Origin: a virus
Virus record (IMG/VR): IMGVR_UViG_3300030616_000016
Span: 70,561 to 134,560 of that record
Direction: 5' to 3' (one strand)
Length of the DNA: 64,000 bases
The stretch's first letter is position 1, and every line of letters starts with the position of its first letter. Positions 1 to 9,511 of this stretch are shown one piece after another. The notes below the pieces were generated by a model. The model was not told where the DNA came from. It searched no databases and saw nothing but the letters and a program-made list of their open reading frames with translations. A program made the translations under genes and the position numbers.

Positions 1-576
1 CTTTGTTCTACCTTTAACAAGGAAGAAGATGTCATTGGGCTTATCAAAACCTATAGATCAAACGATAGCTCGCGTGAAACTAATGTTGTCAGAACGGTGT
101 TATCTGAATGGAAGAAGAGCCTAAACATTCCAGATGCTTGTAGTTTCTGTGGAGTTCATTCTATTCTCTCCGAGTCCCAGATGGTAGCGTTGCTAGACAC
201 TATTGATTTATATGTGTGTACTTCTCGGGGAGAAGGAATGTCAGGCCCATTAATTCATGCTATGGCAATGGGAAAGCCTGTTATTTCTTCTGACTTTAGT
301 GCTATGAGTGACTTTATTTATGGCGATACATCTTTAAAGGTTGTTCGATACTGTCTAGAACCTGTTCATTCTATGTCACACATACCTTGGTATGGTCATA
401 GACAAGACTGGGCTAGACTAAACGTTTCTGATATTAGGGAAGGAATGCGTGAAGGATATGAATTATGGAGAGATGACAGAGATAGATTTGAAGAGATTGG
501 ACAGCGTGGAAGGGATTTTGTCAGAAAGATCTACTCTGACGAAGCAGTCCAGAAACGAATTAAGGAACTTATCTGA
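1..576 (+). CDS. glycosyltransferase family 1 (GT-B), C-terminal part; 5' end lies outside window
   Basis: Frame 1 is open from nt 1. EGMSGPLIHAMAMGKPVISSDFSAMSDFI matches the GT1 E-x7-E / sugar-nucleotide-binding region. Confidence 0.6.
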   Translation, partial: LCSTFNKEEDVIGLIKTYRSNDSSRETNVVRTVLSEWKKSLNIPDACSFCGVHSILSESQMVALLDTIDLYVCTSRGEGMSGPLIHAMAMGKPVISSDFSAMSDFIYGDTSLKVVRYCLEPVHSMSHIPWYGHRQDWARLNVSDIREGMREGYELWRDDRDRFEEIGQRGRDFVRKIYSDEAVQKRIKELI

Positions 577-720
577 TTGCAATATATTAAAGTCAAGTCT
601 TCCTAATAAACAAATTGCATATCTCTTATTAAATGGCTATAAGCCTAAAGAGATATGCAATATGTTACGCATTTCTATAAGATCGTTTTATCGTAGACTT
701 AAACAAAACTAAATACTTAT

Positions 721-745
721 TTTTACTAAACAGGGTTTAGTAAAA
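721..745. terminator. AT-rich perfect hairpin (TTTTACTAAAC-AGG-GTTTAGTAAAA) in the intergenic region between the plus-strand GT gene and the minus-strand RT gene; possible bidirectional terminator
   Basis: 11-bp perfect inverted repeat with a 3-nt loop, seen directly. The stem is weak (2 GC pairs) and the U-tract is poor. Confidence 0.25.
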
Positions 746-877
746 ATGGTTTTAACCCATGCTATTGGGCTTGTCCATATTCCCATCAGGCAATGTGTAC
801 ACTGCCCTATTCTGTATAAACTATCACCAGAAATTTACTATTTAGTTATTTTTAGTTTAGTCTTATAGAAATACTCT

Positions 878-2026
878 TTAGAACGAGTCAGCGCTTTCCT
901 TTTCTCTAACTGCTCTTTTTATTTGACTACTTAGTCTTGCGTGTGATTGCTTTTCTTTTGCTATGTCTTCTAATATTTCTATATCTTTACTGCTTAACAA
1001 CTTTCTTACTCTGATAATATCAAGGTGAGCAGCATATGATAGAGTTGCAAACAATGTTTCCAACTCCTTTTTATCACATTCATAATTCATGACTTTATGG
1101 ATCCACCCTTTATATTGCTTATATTTTTTGGATCCTATTCCACTAATTCTTCTTGCCATTGTTCTACGACTTATGTCAACTCCAAATACAACACCCAATG
1201 CACTTATTCTATTTATACCGCTTAACATAACTTTTGACTTATGTTTATTAAATCTCATTCCTTCTACTGCTACGGCCTTATTTGCGCACTTGAAAATATC
1301 ATTTATCCATTCTTTCCAGAATCTTTTAGATATGTAAGGCATAGAGCTACTTAGTTGTATGTCGTCAGCATATCTTGAATATCTGATCCTTCCATATGGC
1401 CAACCCATGCTTGACATTGTTATATCAAACTTTCTCATACATAGATTTGATATTACAGGACTTGATGGAGCACCTTGTGGTAATCCATTTGTCATTGAAA
1501 CAAGAGGTATTAATGGTATCTTATATTTTCTGCAGCATGTATCTACAGTATGTAATGATATAAGCATCTTTCTAATATGTTTTGCTTTAATAGATGGAAA
1601 GAAGTTCTTAATATCCATACTAATCATTATTCTAGCTCCATCATGTATCGACTGTAATTTGTTAATTGCAGTTTGGAAGCGTCTAGAACGTCTTAGTATT
1701 CTTCTAAAAGATTCTTGTGTTGTAAACAGCGGTTTTGGACTATATGCTAAGCTATGTCCATTTCTGTCATACTTTTGCAATAGCCATGAGACATATCTTT
1801 GTGCCGTTTTTAAGTCTTCGTCTGGCTCATGTAAATGCCTGATGCCACCTGATCTTTTTCTTATCATGTGGTGTGTATATCTTGAGTCTCTATCGTTTGA
1901 GTTTTGTTGTAAGTCTTCAAACAATTGCTGAATTGTAATACCAGATGGCAAGACTAGACTTAGAAAATTGTCAGGAGTTATATCATGAAGTCTCAGTTTC
2001 TTCTTTATCTGATTCTGTTCCATCAT
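878..2026 (-). CDS. reverse transcriptase (free-standing retron / group-II-intron-like RT, 382 aa)
   Basis: RT motifs: IRKRSGGIRHLHEP (1), ISMDIKNFFPSI (2), GLPQGAPSSPVISNL (4), YSRYADDIQL (5, YADD), NKHKSKV (7); the C-terminal KGWIHKVMNY resembles a thumb/X region. QGxxxSP is not the DGR-type IGxxxSQ. Its start overlaps the recA-like stop by 44 nt. Confidence 0.8.
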   Translation of the reverse strand: MMEQNQIKKKLRLHDITPDNFLSLVLPSGITIQQLFEDLQQNSNDRDSRYTHHMIRKRSGGIRHLHEPDEDLKTAQRYVSWLLQKYDRNGHSLAYSPKPLFTTQESFRRILRRSRRFQTAINKLQSIHDGARIMISMDIKNFFPSIKAKHIRKMLISLHTVDTCCRKYKIPLIPLVSMTNGLPQGAPSSPVISNLCMRKFDITMSSMGWPYGRIRYSRYADDIQLSSSMPYISKRFWKEWINDIFKCANKAVAVEGMRFNKHKSKVMLSGINRISALGVVFGVDISRRTMARRISGIGSKKYKQYKGWIHKVMNYECDKKELETLFATLSYAAHLDIIRVRKLLSSKDIEILEDIAKEKQSHARLSSQIKRAVREKESADSF

Positions 2027-3107
2027 CTCCGCCTTCCGATTCCGTATTGTCAGATATTAATTTGGTTATATCATTGTTTGCTGCAAATTCATATAGTGCT
2101 ATTATTCCTTGCACGCTTTCTTCGCCTATGTAGTAGTATCCACCACGCTTGGTGATTTTACCATCTACAATCATTTGATCTACTAAAAATCTTTCTTCAC
2201 TAAACCCATGATTAAAGATGAATGGATATTTTACTTCGGCTCCCTCCGGCATAGTACCAGACTGTCTAGTCTTATTGATTTTCATGTAATGCATGAAGCC
2301 AATAATTTTCTCTTTCTTCTTTCCATCTTCTTCTACAATGGCAGCTGGAGCTTCGCTTTTGCTACCTCTACGAGTCATCAGCCTTACGTGTGTAAAATGC
2401 TTAACCGCATTTCCTCCCTTAACGAGAGTTAGGTCACCATATCCACCAATATTGGTGTATATTTGACCAATCATTATGATTGTTGTGTTTGTCTTTGCTG
2501 CAGGACCACAAGCAAGTCTTAGGAACTGGCTCATTTTTCTTTGAAGAACACCGATGGTATCATCGTTTAGGCTACGGTTAGTACCGGTTTTACTTTCGAG
2601 TTCTGCGCGTGGAAGCAGACCGCCAATTGAATCAATAACTACGATGTCTACTAAATTCTCTCTCATAATGTCGAGACATTTATCTAGCATGTTCTCCATC
2701 GTATCTTTCTCAATTATAAAGAGCTCATCTGTATTGACTCCTTGTACTTTTAACCACTCTTTATCCAATGCTTCTTCTGCATCAACCCAGCATGCAATAC
2801 CATGGTTTTTCTGAACTTCTGCTACACATCTTGCACATGCAGTGCCTTTAGCTGTCTGTTCTGGTCCGGCGATTGTAACAATTTTACCTCTAGGAAAACC
2901 TCCGCCTAAATAGTCATCCCAGCCTTTAATGCCGGTTGATATTCTACCGTAATCCTCTAGTCCAAAATGTACAATTTGATTTTCATCATCGATGTCTTTG
3001 TTAATAGAAGTCGCTACTCTTTTTAGACGAGCCATCTTCTCTGCTTTTATATCTTGTGGAGATACAATCTTTTCTTCACTAGTATCTTTGCTTTTTCTCT
3101 TAGCCAT
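1983..3107 (-). CDS. recA: RecA-family recombinase (374 aa) with acidic C-terminal tail
   Basis: Aligns to the bacterial RecA core: GKIVTIAGPEQTAKGT (P-loop region), VDIVVIDSIGGLLPRAELE, IIMIGQI, GGNAVKHFTHVRLMTRRGS. GGAAG lies upstream of the ATG. Confidence 0.85.
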   Translation of the reverse strand: MAKRKSKDTSEEKIVSPQDIKAEKMARLKRVATSINKDIDDENQIVHFGLEDYGRISTGIKGWDDYLGGGFPRGKIVTIAGPEQTAKGTACARCVAEVQKNHGIACWVDAEEALDKEWLKVQGVNTDELFIIEKDTMENMLDKCLDIMRENLVDIVVIDSIGGLLPRAELESKTGTNRSLNDDTIGVLQRKMSQFLRLACGPAAKTNTTIIMIGQIYTNIGGYGDLTLVKGGNAVKHFTHVRLMTRRGSKSEAPAAIVEEDGKKKEKIIGFMHYMKINKTRQSGTMPEGAEVKYPFIFNHGFSEERFLVDQMIVDGKITKRGGYYYIGEESVQGIIALYEFAANNDITKLISDNTESEGGDDGTESDKEETETS

Positions 3108-3110
3108 GTG

Positions 3111-3287
3111 TTATTCTTCCAAACAAGTTTTACAGATTAAATTCCCAACGTCATCATGACTGCTACAATCTAAACAGATTGTTTTGCCACATGAACTACA
3201 TGATCCTAGATATGTGTCGGCCATAGTTTCCATAAACATTTGGTCGCATATTTCACAGTAGTTATCATTATCGTTGTTGTCACTCAT
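3111..3287 (-). CDS. small Cys-rich zinc-binding protein (58 aa; MSDNNDNDNYCEICDQ...CSSCGKTICLDCSS...CKTCLEE); not in the ORF track because it is under 60 aa
   Basis: Manual translation of the minus strand gives ATG at 3287 and TAA at 3111-3113, with 8 Cys in CxxC pairs. Confidence 0.4.
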   Translation of the reverse strand: MSDNNDNDNYCEICDQMFMETMADTYLGSCSSCGKTICLDCSSHDDVGNLICKTCLEE

Positions 3288-3651
3288 TATCTATGCCCTG
3301 CATTAAATATAGTAAATGATCTAGCTTCAAAGTAACAAGAGTGGTTTCATTACTAGGCTTAGCACTTCCTGAAGTACATAAGATAGGAAATCTACCAGTA
3401 TTTCTTGCTTCGCCTATCAATTTCTTCCAATCTGATTTTGATGGCATAAATATTCCATCTTTATTTGTTCTTTGTTTAGCTTCGATCTGTAATAATCGGT
3501 TTTGTATATCGCTATCAGATGCAAATACATTTCCAGAGCCTGCTGTTTCTCTTAAAGATATACCATATTGCTGTGCTCTTTCAACAATGTATCGTTGCAT
3601 TAATGCAGCGTTTTTATTCCTTCCGCCAACTCTTGACATAGGAATCTCCAT
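3280..3651 (-). CDS. hypothetical protein (123 aa)
   Basis: Minus-strand ORF packed against the recA-like gene; no recognisable motif. Confidence 0.45.
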   Translation of the reverse strand: MEIPMSRVGGRNKNAALMQRYIVERAQQYGISLRETAGSGNVFASDSDIQNRLLQIEAKQRTNKDGIFMPSKSDWKKLIGEARNTGRFPILCTSGSAKPSNETTLVTLKLDHLLYLMQGIDNE

Positions 3652-3752
3652 GCTTATTGCCTTTAAGTTTCTTATAGCCTGTCCATACTAATTCCCAACA
3701 GGCTATCTTAACTACCGTAGTGTATAATCTCCAGAGAATATATCCACAATGC

Positions 3753-4139
3753 CTATTCATGGCCCATATCCTCCTCAGGATTATACAAATAGGTTTTTCT
3801 GCCTATCATAAATCCTAATATACACATCTTTGTCATGCATAAATAGATATTCTTATCAAATTCTTCATCAGTATCACTATTTTCTAATATCCATTCTAGA
3901 TGGTCTTCACATACATTATCTATGAAATGCATGAGTGATCCTTCACATTCTTCTAACCAATCTTGTATCTCATTGCTCGTCTCTCTTTCTTCGAGCAATC
4001 TGTGACATTCGGAGATTATTTCTTTGGATACCATGTTGTAATCATCAAGTGTTATTTTCTTCATTGGTTTTTGGTCTCCATGTATATTTTGCATGCCAGG
4101 TTTTCTTTGCTTCAGTTGCATTGTCGTTTGTATTATCAT
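3753..4139 (-). CDS. hypothetical acidic protein (128 aa)
   Basis: Minus-strand ORF; begins MIIQ like its neighbour. Confidence 0.4.
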   Translation of the reverse strand: MIIQTTMQLKQRKPGMQNIHGDQKPMKKITLDDYNMVSKEIISECHRLLEERETSNEIQDWLEECEGSLMHFIDNVCEDHLEWILENSDTDEEFDKNIYLCMTKMCILGFMIGRKTYLYNPEEDMGHE

Positions 4140-4584
4140 CCTGCTTTGTTTCCTGGCTCTCGTTGGCTTCGTTCTCTGGTTTAGGATCTTCTTTCTTTTC
4201 TTCTTTGATGCGATTGTGTTGATCTAAAATATCTACATTACATGTTTTGATAAATTCATTAAAGTCTGTTTCACTTAAACAGTAATCATTAACATGAATG
4301 TGATAATGTAGATGTTCAGAATCCATCTCAGAAGAAGTTACCAGTTTACCAACAATATACAATGTAGAATCCAAATCTACAGCCTTATCTATCTCCTCTT
4401 CTTCAGGATATTCGAAGTGTAGTTCGTATATATTACTATCATTTGGAGATATACTAGTACCTCTTGCTTTATATACTTTTGTAGATAGAGCTCCTTTCTT
4501 GTCATTGTCTACGGCATCGCTCATTAAATCAATCTTGATCGCCTTCAGAACTGTCATTCCTTGATTGAACCTCTGTATTATCAT
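4045..4584 (-). CDS. hypothetical protein with low-complexity K/E/N-rich tail (179 aa)
   Basis: Minus-strand ORF; overlaps the next gene by 95 nt, so the true 3' end is uncertain. Confidence 0.4.
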   Translation of the reverse strand: MIIQRFNQGMTVLKAIKIDLMSDAVDNDKKGALSTKVYKARGTSISPNDSNIYELHFEYPEEEEIDKAVDLDSTLYIVGKLVTSSEMDSEHLHYHIHVNDYCLSETDFNEFIKTCNVDILDQHNRIKEEKKEDPKPENEANESQETKQDDNTNDNATEAKKTWHAKYTWRPKTNEENNT

Positions 4585-5764
4585 TATTTGCTCCTACAAA
4601 AAATCCTTCTCTCGTGTTCGATGAGTCTGATTGCTCACCGTGTTGTTCTTCTACTTTCCATAGTACTATGTTATTCTCTTCATGCTTAAGTATTTTAAGC
4701 TTGATGGTATTTGTTGCACAGCATTTAATCTGTTCTGCAAACTGTTTGATCGGCAGTAATATAGAGAAATCTTCTTCTGTTTCAGTTGTACAATTTAAGA
4801 TAATATTTGTACTGCCTTCCTCGCCATTAATATTTATTCTTATCCTTTTAACATTGTCATCGCTACCTTCTTCACCTGGAATAACAATAAAGTTAGCTAA
4901 TATTAGGCTTGGATCTTTTAGTATAAACCCTGTGAGATTAATACATTCTTCTCTATTAATAATGAAGGACGCCATTTCTATAGACTGTTCTTCTATTAAA
5001 GAAACACTATTCCATTCCGGTACAGCTTGATCAATATTGCGTTTCATACACTCAATGTTAATATACCATCTAGTGTCTGCATCAAAATGCGTGAGTCTTA
5101 TAAAGTTTAAATTATCAAATACAATAAAATTAAAGCTTGGTGAATGATTTATAATACTGCTCACGTTTGATAATACATCTCTTGTAAGTATAGATGGATT
5201 GTTTATGTCACTTAGGTCTTGTGATCTAATAATACTACTTTGAATTCTATCAATACAATACATTTTTGAGTTATCAATTGTAATTATATCGCCTAGCTGG
5301 TTAAATTCAAGCTTTGTTTTTGCCATAGCTTTAATATATTGTGGTGAAAATATTATTTTCGGTAATCCAATAGCATTAGGTGTAGCACTAAATTCATCTA
5401 TTCCGTTAGTTCCTTCTTCACATAATCTAAAGTCTCTGTTGATGTTGCCGCCGTTAATACTAATAAATCTATTATCATAGCTTATATGTATGACATCATC
5501 ACATGCAGAAATAAAATCAAGTAGCTTTTTGCAGTCATATTTAGTAATGACATTAGACTCAAGCTGTTCTTCTAGAGCATTAGCTGCCATAAATTTACCT
5601 GCTTGAGATCTTAGGCACATCATAAAGATTGAGTGACTTGTAACAAAATTGTTATCGTCATTCCAGAATCCAAAATATATGTCTGATGATTGAGCTATTT
5701 TAGTGGCATTTTGAAGTAGCTCAATCAAACGTGATTTATTAATTTGCATCTCTTCTCCCATCAA
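4529..5764 (-). CDS. hypothetical protein (411 aa)
   Basis: Long minus-strand ORF in the replication/recombination neighbourhood; no motif recognised. Confidence 0.5.
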   Translation of the reverse strand: MMGEEMQINKSRLIELLQNATKIAQSSDIYFGFWNDDNNFVTSHSIFMMCLRSQAGKFMAANALEEQLESNVITKYDCKKLLDFISACDDVIHISYDNRFISINGGNINRDFRLCEEGTNGIDEFSATPNAIGLPKIIFSPQYIKAMAKTKLEFNQLGDIITIDNSKMYCIDRIQSSIIRSQDLSDINNPSILTRDVLSNVSSIINHSPSFNFIVFDNLNFIRLTHFDADTRWYINIECMKRNIDQAVPEWNSVSLIEEQSIEMASFIINREECINLTGFILKDPSLILANFIVIPGEEGSDDNVKRIRININGEEGSTNIILNCTTETEEDFSILLPIKQFAEQIKCCATNTIKLKILKHEENNIVLWKVEEQHGEQSDSSNTREGFFVGANNDNTEVQSRNDSSEGDQD

Positions 5765-6218
5765 TAGTTGCTCTTTTTAATGCTTCGTCTAGTTTATTAA
5801 CTAGCTGACCAGCGCTATACGAAATTCTATTAATCTTATTATATCCTGCTATTGCTTCGACATGTGCAATATACATATCTTTAGTATTCACACGTGCTTG
5901 TCTTAATGCTTCATCTCCTGTATAGTTCTTGTTAGTTGCTTCATTCTTTGTGCCTCTTAATTCGTTATATTCCTCATCTCTAGCAATTTCTCGCTCATAG
6001 TCTGCTTGTTTCTCAGCGCCTATTAATTCTCCAACCATTGGCGAGATGCTTACTAGCAATGCAGATAGGTGTAGAAGGTCATTTTGCATATCATAGTAGT
6101 TATCCCAAGTGTTTGGTTCTCCGCCAAACTCTTCTGGTGCATACTTTTGGGAGATTCTCATAATCTCCCTTATTTCCAGCTCGATGCTTCTTCTACCTTC
6201 TTCTGTTACTTCAATCAT
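5739..6218 (-). CDS. hypothetical protein (159 aa)
   Basis: minus-strand ORF. Confidence 0.45.
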   Translation of the reverse strand: MIEVTEEGRRSIELEIREIMRISQKYAPEEFGGEPNTWDNYYDMQNDLLHLSALLVSISPMVGELIGAEKQADYEREIARDEEYNELRGTKNEATNKNYTGDEALRQARVNTKDMYIAHVEAIAGYNKINRISYSAGQLVNKLDEALKRATIDGRRDAN

Positions 6219-6231
6219 AATTTACACCGCC

Positions 6232-6777
6232 TTAGACTGTTGTGAAATAGAACCTATGTGACATAAGCTCGCAATCTCCGCCACAATACGGGCAGGCAAT
6301 AGTTAATGCAACCATATCTTGTTCACTATCTGATTCAACATCATCGTGAATCAGATCACAATCTTCACATATATATAATTCATTCTTGTCAGATGCATAC
6401 ATGGTAACGATGTCGCTTAAGAAATCAGATATGAATAGTTCTAGAGACACTTTATTTTCTAGAAGACCTAAAGCATAGTCTTCTGCATCTATGGGAGATA
6501 ATGTACTTGCTTTCACAAACTTAGTCATTTTGTCTATGTCTGACTTCCCATCATTTATAATATATATAAGAGCATTGTCTTTATCAATGTGTAGCATGCT
6601 CATTCCATGTTCAGCATTTGTCGACTTTGATTCACTTATTAAGTCTTCCCACATATAGGCTAGTGCAGCTGGATGTATCATCAATTCTTTAGCTATATTT
6701 ATCAATGAAGCTTTGAATTGATCTTTCATCACATCCGAATTGACTAACGCTTTTGGTAAAATGTCTGTGTCTTTCAT
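6232..6777 (-). CDS. hypothetical protein with C-terminal zinc ribbon (ACPYCGGDCELMSHRF)
   Basis: minus-strand ORF; CxxCGG C-terminus. Confidence 0.45.
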   Translation of the reverse strand: MKDTDILPKALVNSDVMKDQFKASLINIAKELMIHPAALAYMWEDLISESKSTNAEHGMSMLHIDKDNALIYIINDGKSDIDKMTKFVKASTLSPIDAEDYALGLLENKVSLELFISDFLSDIVTMYASDKNELYICEDCDLIHDDVESDSEQDMVALTIACPYCGGDCELMSHRFYFTTV

Positions 6778-7069
6778 TTTTATGTATCCATCTGTAGAAG
6801 GTTCTATCGTTAGTCCATATAAACATTAGTTTGTGTGTATATGGTATTCTTTCTTTATAAAGATCACGAAGTATCTGTCTTAGCTCTCCTGATTCCTTAC
6901 CAGTATTATGTATTATAAGAAGTTCTGTTCTTGTATACAAAGTCTTCGCATAGAATATTTGAAGCCAATCTTTGTTTAAAATAGTATGCCATGTAGACTT
7001 AGCATTCTCAATTAGTTGCTCATCATAGTTGAATAGACTAAGAGATAACAACATTTTCTGGTATAACAT
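6689..7069 (-). CDS. hypothetical protein (126 aa); overlaps its neighbour, start uncertain
   Basis: minus-strand ORF. Confidence 0.3.
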   Translation of the reverse strand: MLYQKMLLSLSLFNYDEQLIENAKSTWHTILNKDWLQIFYAKTLYTRTELLIIHNTGKESGELRQILRDLYKERIPYTHKLMFIWTNDRTFYRWIHKNERHRHFTKSVSQFGCDERSIQSFIDKYS

Positions 7070-7475
7070 GATCAGGTACCAATGTTACTGTTTCATAATC
7101 ACTCTCTATATACCCATAGATAATAGATTTAGTATTCATATCAATTGGCATATCTTGGTTGACTTCACATTTAACATCATGTATTTTGCCTTCTTGTATG
7201 ACACCACAAGTTGAAAACATATTGATGAAGCAACGCTTGATTGTTGTTGAAATACGATCAACAATAATGTTATTCTTAAATACTTTTGCATCACAACAAA
7301 CAAAAGTATTTTTAGCAACGTTATCAATAGATGACTTTATTATAACGGGCACGATTGAAACATGGTCTTTACCATCTTTTACATACTCTTGATATATATT
7401 AAGAAACGTATGTTCCTTGTATATACATTTAGTTATAATATAGCCACCTATGATAGCGCTGATATTTTCACTCAC
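7038..7475 (-). CDS. hypothetical protein (145 aa)
   Basis: minus-strand ORF. Confidence 0.4.
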   Translation of the reverse strand: MSENISAIIGGYIITKCIYKEHTFLNIYQEYVKDGKDHVSIVPVIIKSSIDNVAKNTFVCCDAKVFKNNIIVDRISTTIKRCFINMFSTCGVIQEGKIHDVKCEVNQDMPIDMNTKSIIYGYIESDYETVTLVPDHVIPENVVIS

Positions 7476-7477
7476 AC

Positions 7478-8476
7478 TTATTCTCCTTGATTGTCTTGTG
7501 CACTTACACGAAACTCAATGTTCTCTGATGCATCCCTAATAGCATTGATCATCTTATTGATGCCTTTGTCCGTGGCTTCCAATACATTATCATCAGCTTC
7601 TGGACAAAGCTTCGTGATTTTGTAGTCACAGAAGTGAGGAGTAAGTACACATGTACGAGAAGGGCTATCGCTATTTAGTATATTTGTTAGAGCTTCGCTA
7701 TCAACTGATGAAGTGTTAAGACCAGTAAAGAAATCATTGTTAAATTTAAGGAAGGCAACAACAGTAAAATTATTTCTTCCACTAGTTTTTCTGCTGATTT
7801 GCTCGCTCTTATATACTTCTGTCAAGATTCTAAATCCCTTGTAATAGCGGACATAGCCTTTATAGAAGTCTTCTGCAGTGATATATGCAAGCACAACGGT
7901 TCTTGGATCAGGATCATTTTTGGAGAAAGACTCACTGATCTCAAGCTCTTTAGTATTAGCACGAACCATGTCTATATATTCTTTTAATTTCTGACGCTTA
8001 AGCCTAGCAATTCTACGCTGTTCAATAATGTTAGAGATACTTCCAATGGCTTCATCAAGTACTCTAACGTTACGAATCGCAGACATAAGATCATATAGAG
8101 AGTTCTTATATATAACCGCAAAGCTCTCCAGTCTTTCAAGAGCAGCTTTAGCAACTGCTTCAGCATAACTTTGGTCGTCTATCATATTATCCATGATAGA
8201 ATCGACCTCTTTTTTTACTAGCTCCTCAGAACTGTGACAATATTCTGGTATAGTCTCTGAAATAGAATAGCCTATTGCATTTGCTAGTTCTGATGGTGTC
8301 ATATTGATTATTCTGCTGATGTTTCTTAATGTATCTCCATTAGCAACTAACCTTGGCAAAGGATTGTTGAAGTTAGGTGTATAGGAGCCTTTAACAATAA
8401 CATCAGGGATCATGATACTTAAATTTTCTGTAAGAAAATTGCGTATCTTCTCTCTTTCTGTTTTAGGTGTAGACAT
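7478..8476 (-). CDS. hypothetical protein (332 aa)
   Basis: Minus-strand ORF immediately downstream of the JAB gene. Confidence 0.5.
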   Translation of the reverse strand: MSTPKTEREKIRNFLTENLSIMIPDVIVKGSYTPNFNNPLPRLVANGDTLRNISRIINMTPSELANAIGYSISETIPEYCHSSEELVKKEVDSIMDNMIDDQSYAEAVAKAALERLESFAVIYKNSLYDLMSAIRNVRVLDEAIGSISNIIEQRRIARLKRQKLKEYIDMVRANTKELEISESFSKNDPDPRTVVLAYITAEDFYKGYVRYYKGFRILTEVYKSEQISRKTSGRNNFTVVAFLKFNNDFFTGLNTSSVDSEALTNILNSDSPSRTCVLTPHFCDYKITKLCPEADDNVLEATDKGINKMINAIRDASENIEFRVSAQDNQGE

Positions 8477-8492
8477 TAATTAACTCCGCTTT

Positions 8493-9485
8493 CTAGACTT
8501 TGTTGAAGTCTTTAATTACATGACTATGACATCTAGGACATTCCAGATTATTTTCATCATTAATTACAAACACATTATTACATGCAGGACATGTTATTCC
8601 TTCCTCTTCATCTGCATCTATAATAAGAGGATCAGTAATATGGTTATCAATTGGATCATCGATAGGATCGCCATATCCAGCCCAATTACGAATGTTTTGA
8701 GAAGTTCTGTGATGTCTGTTACCAAACCTAGGATTGTAATAGCTACCACCTATTGGAAACATAGTTGATTTTCCTTCAACTACTTCATCTTTGTCTTCAT
8801 CATATGAATGTGTAGTCATAGATTTTACAAGCTCATTTATCTCTTCTCTACATTTCTTATATGTTTCTGTGTAATCTGCAGTTACAACATTGAGATCAAT
8901 ATTGTCAATGACAAGCTTGGGGTTTTTCTGAACATATTTGACTAAGATGTTACCAGATTTATTTCCTACAAGCATTACTGCCCATCCATGTTGCTGAAGC
9001 ATCTCATCTGCAGCATCTACATCCTGTCCACTCCAGAATGTAGGCATGTTTACATGAGAATGCCAATGGAAATTCATGCGGCTGTATATTGATTTGCCAA
9101 TGTCTTGTTTAATAGTCAGCATATCTTCTTCTGATATATCATCAACAGATATATCTTTAAACTCCTCAGAGTCTTCAATATATTTGTTGATGTAGTTATC
9201 GATAATATCATGCTCTCCCTTAATGAGAGGAAGCTCAATTCTCTTACATCTGTCTTTATTACACAAACGAAAGTAGCCTGAGCTTGCTACTTGTTTAACG
9301 ATGAATACATTATCAATGATAAGATTACCATTCTTGTCTTGGATGATGGTACCAAGTCCACCACATTCGGTTGAACAAGCATTGATCCATCCTCTGATCT
9401 TTTCTCTTAGGATTGCTGGCATGTATATATTGATGCTTTCTTTAGTTTCTAAAGCATCTTTCTCGGATTCGTTCTTGATTTGCAT
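8493..9485 (-). CDS. JAMM/MPN+ (JAB) metalloprotease domain fused to a C-terminal zinc ribbon (330 aa); candidate Ubl-processing / deconjugating enzyme
   Basis: HWHSHVNMPTFWSGQD exactly matches the JAMM motif H-x-H-x7-S-x2-D, with an upstream Glu (STECGG). The C-terminus carries CPACN...CPRCH. Confidence 0.75.
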   Translation of the reverse strand: MQIKNESEKDALETKESINIYMPAILREKIRGWINACSTECGGLGTIIQDKNGNLIIDNVFIVKQVASSGYFRLCNKDRCKRIELPLIKGEHDIIDNYINKYIEDSEEFKDISVDDISEEDMLTIKQDIGKSIYSRMNFHWHSHVNMPTFWSGQDVDAADEMLQQHGWAVMLVGNKSGNILVKYVQKNPKLVIDNIDLNVVTADYTETYKKCREEINELVKSMTTHSYDEDKDEVVEGKSTMFPIGGSYYNPRFGNRHHRTSQNIRNWAGYGDPIDDPIDNHITDPLIIDADEEEGITCPACNNVFVINDENNLECPRCHSHVIKDFNKV

Positions 9486-9511
9486 ATCTTTCCTTTCTAT
9501 GCAAGGAGTTA

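Noticed and set aside
1089-1931. Plus-strand ORFs 1089-1337 and 1359-1931 (and many similar plus-strand ORFs across the window)
   Set aside because: They lie entirely antisense to strongly supported minus-strand genes (RT, RecA and others), are hydrophobic and low-complexity, and show no motifs. They are shadow ORFs.
577-2100. Group II intron or retron msr/msd RNA, or a DGR, associated with the RT
   Set aside because: No domain V-like GAGC...GTTC hairpin or msr/msd-like repeats were seen in the 300-nt downstream gap. The upstream side is coding (recA-like). The RT motif 4 is QGxxxSP (retron / group II type), not the DGR IGxxxSQ, and no template/variable repeat pair is evident.
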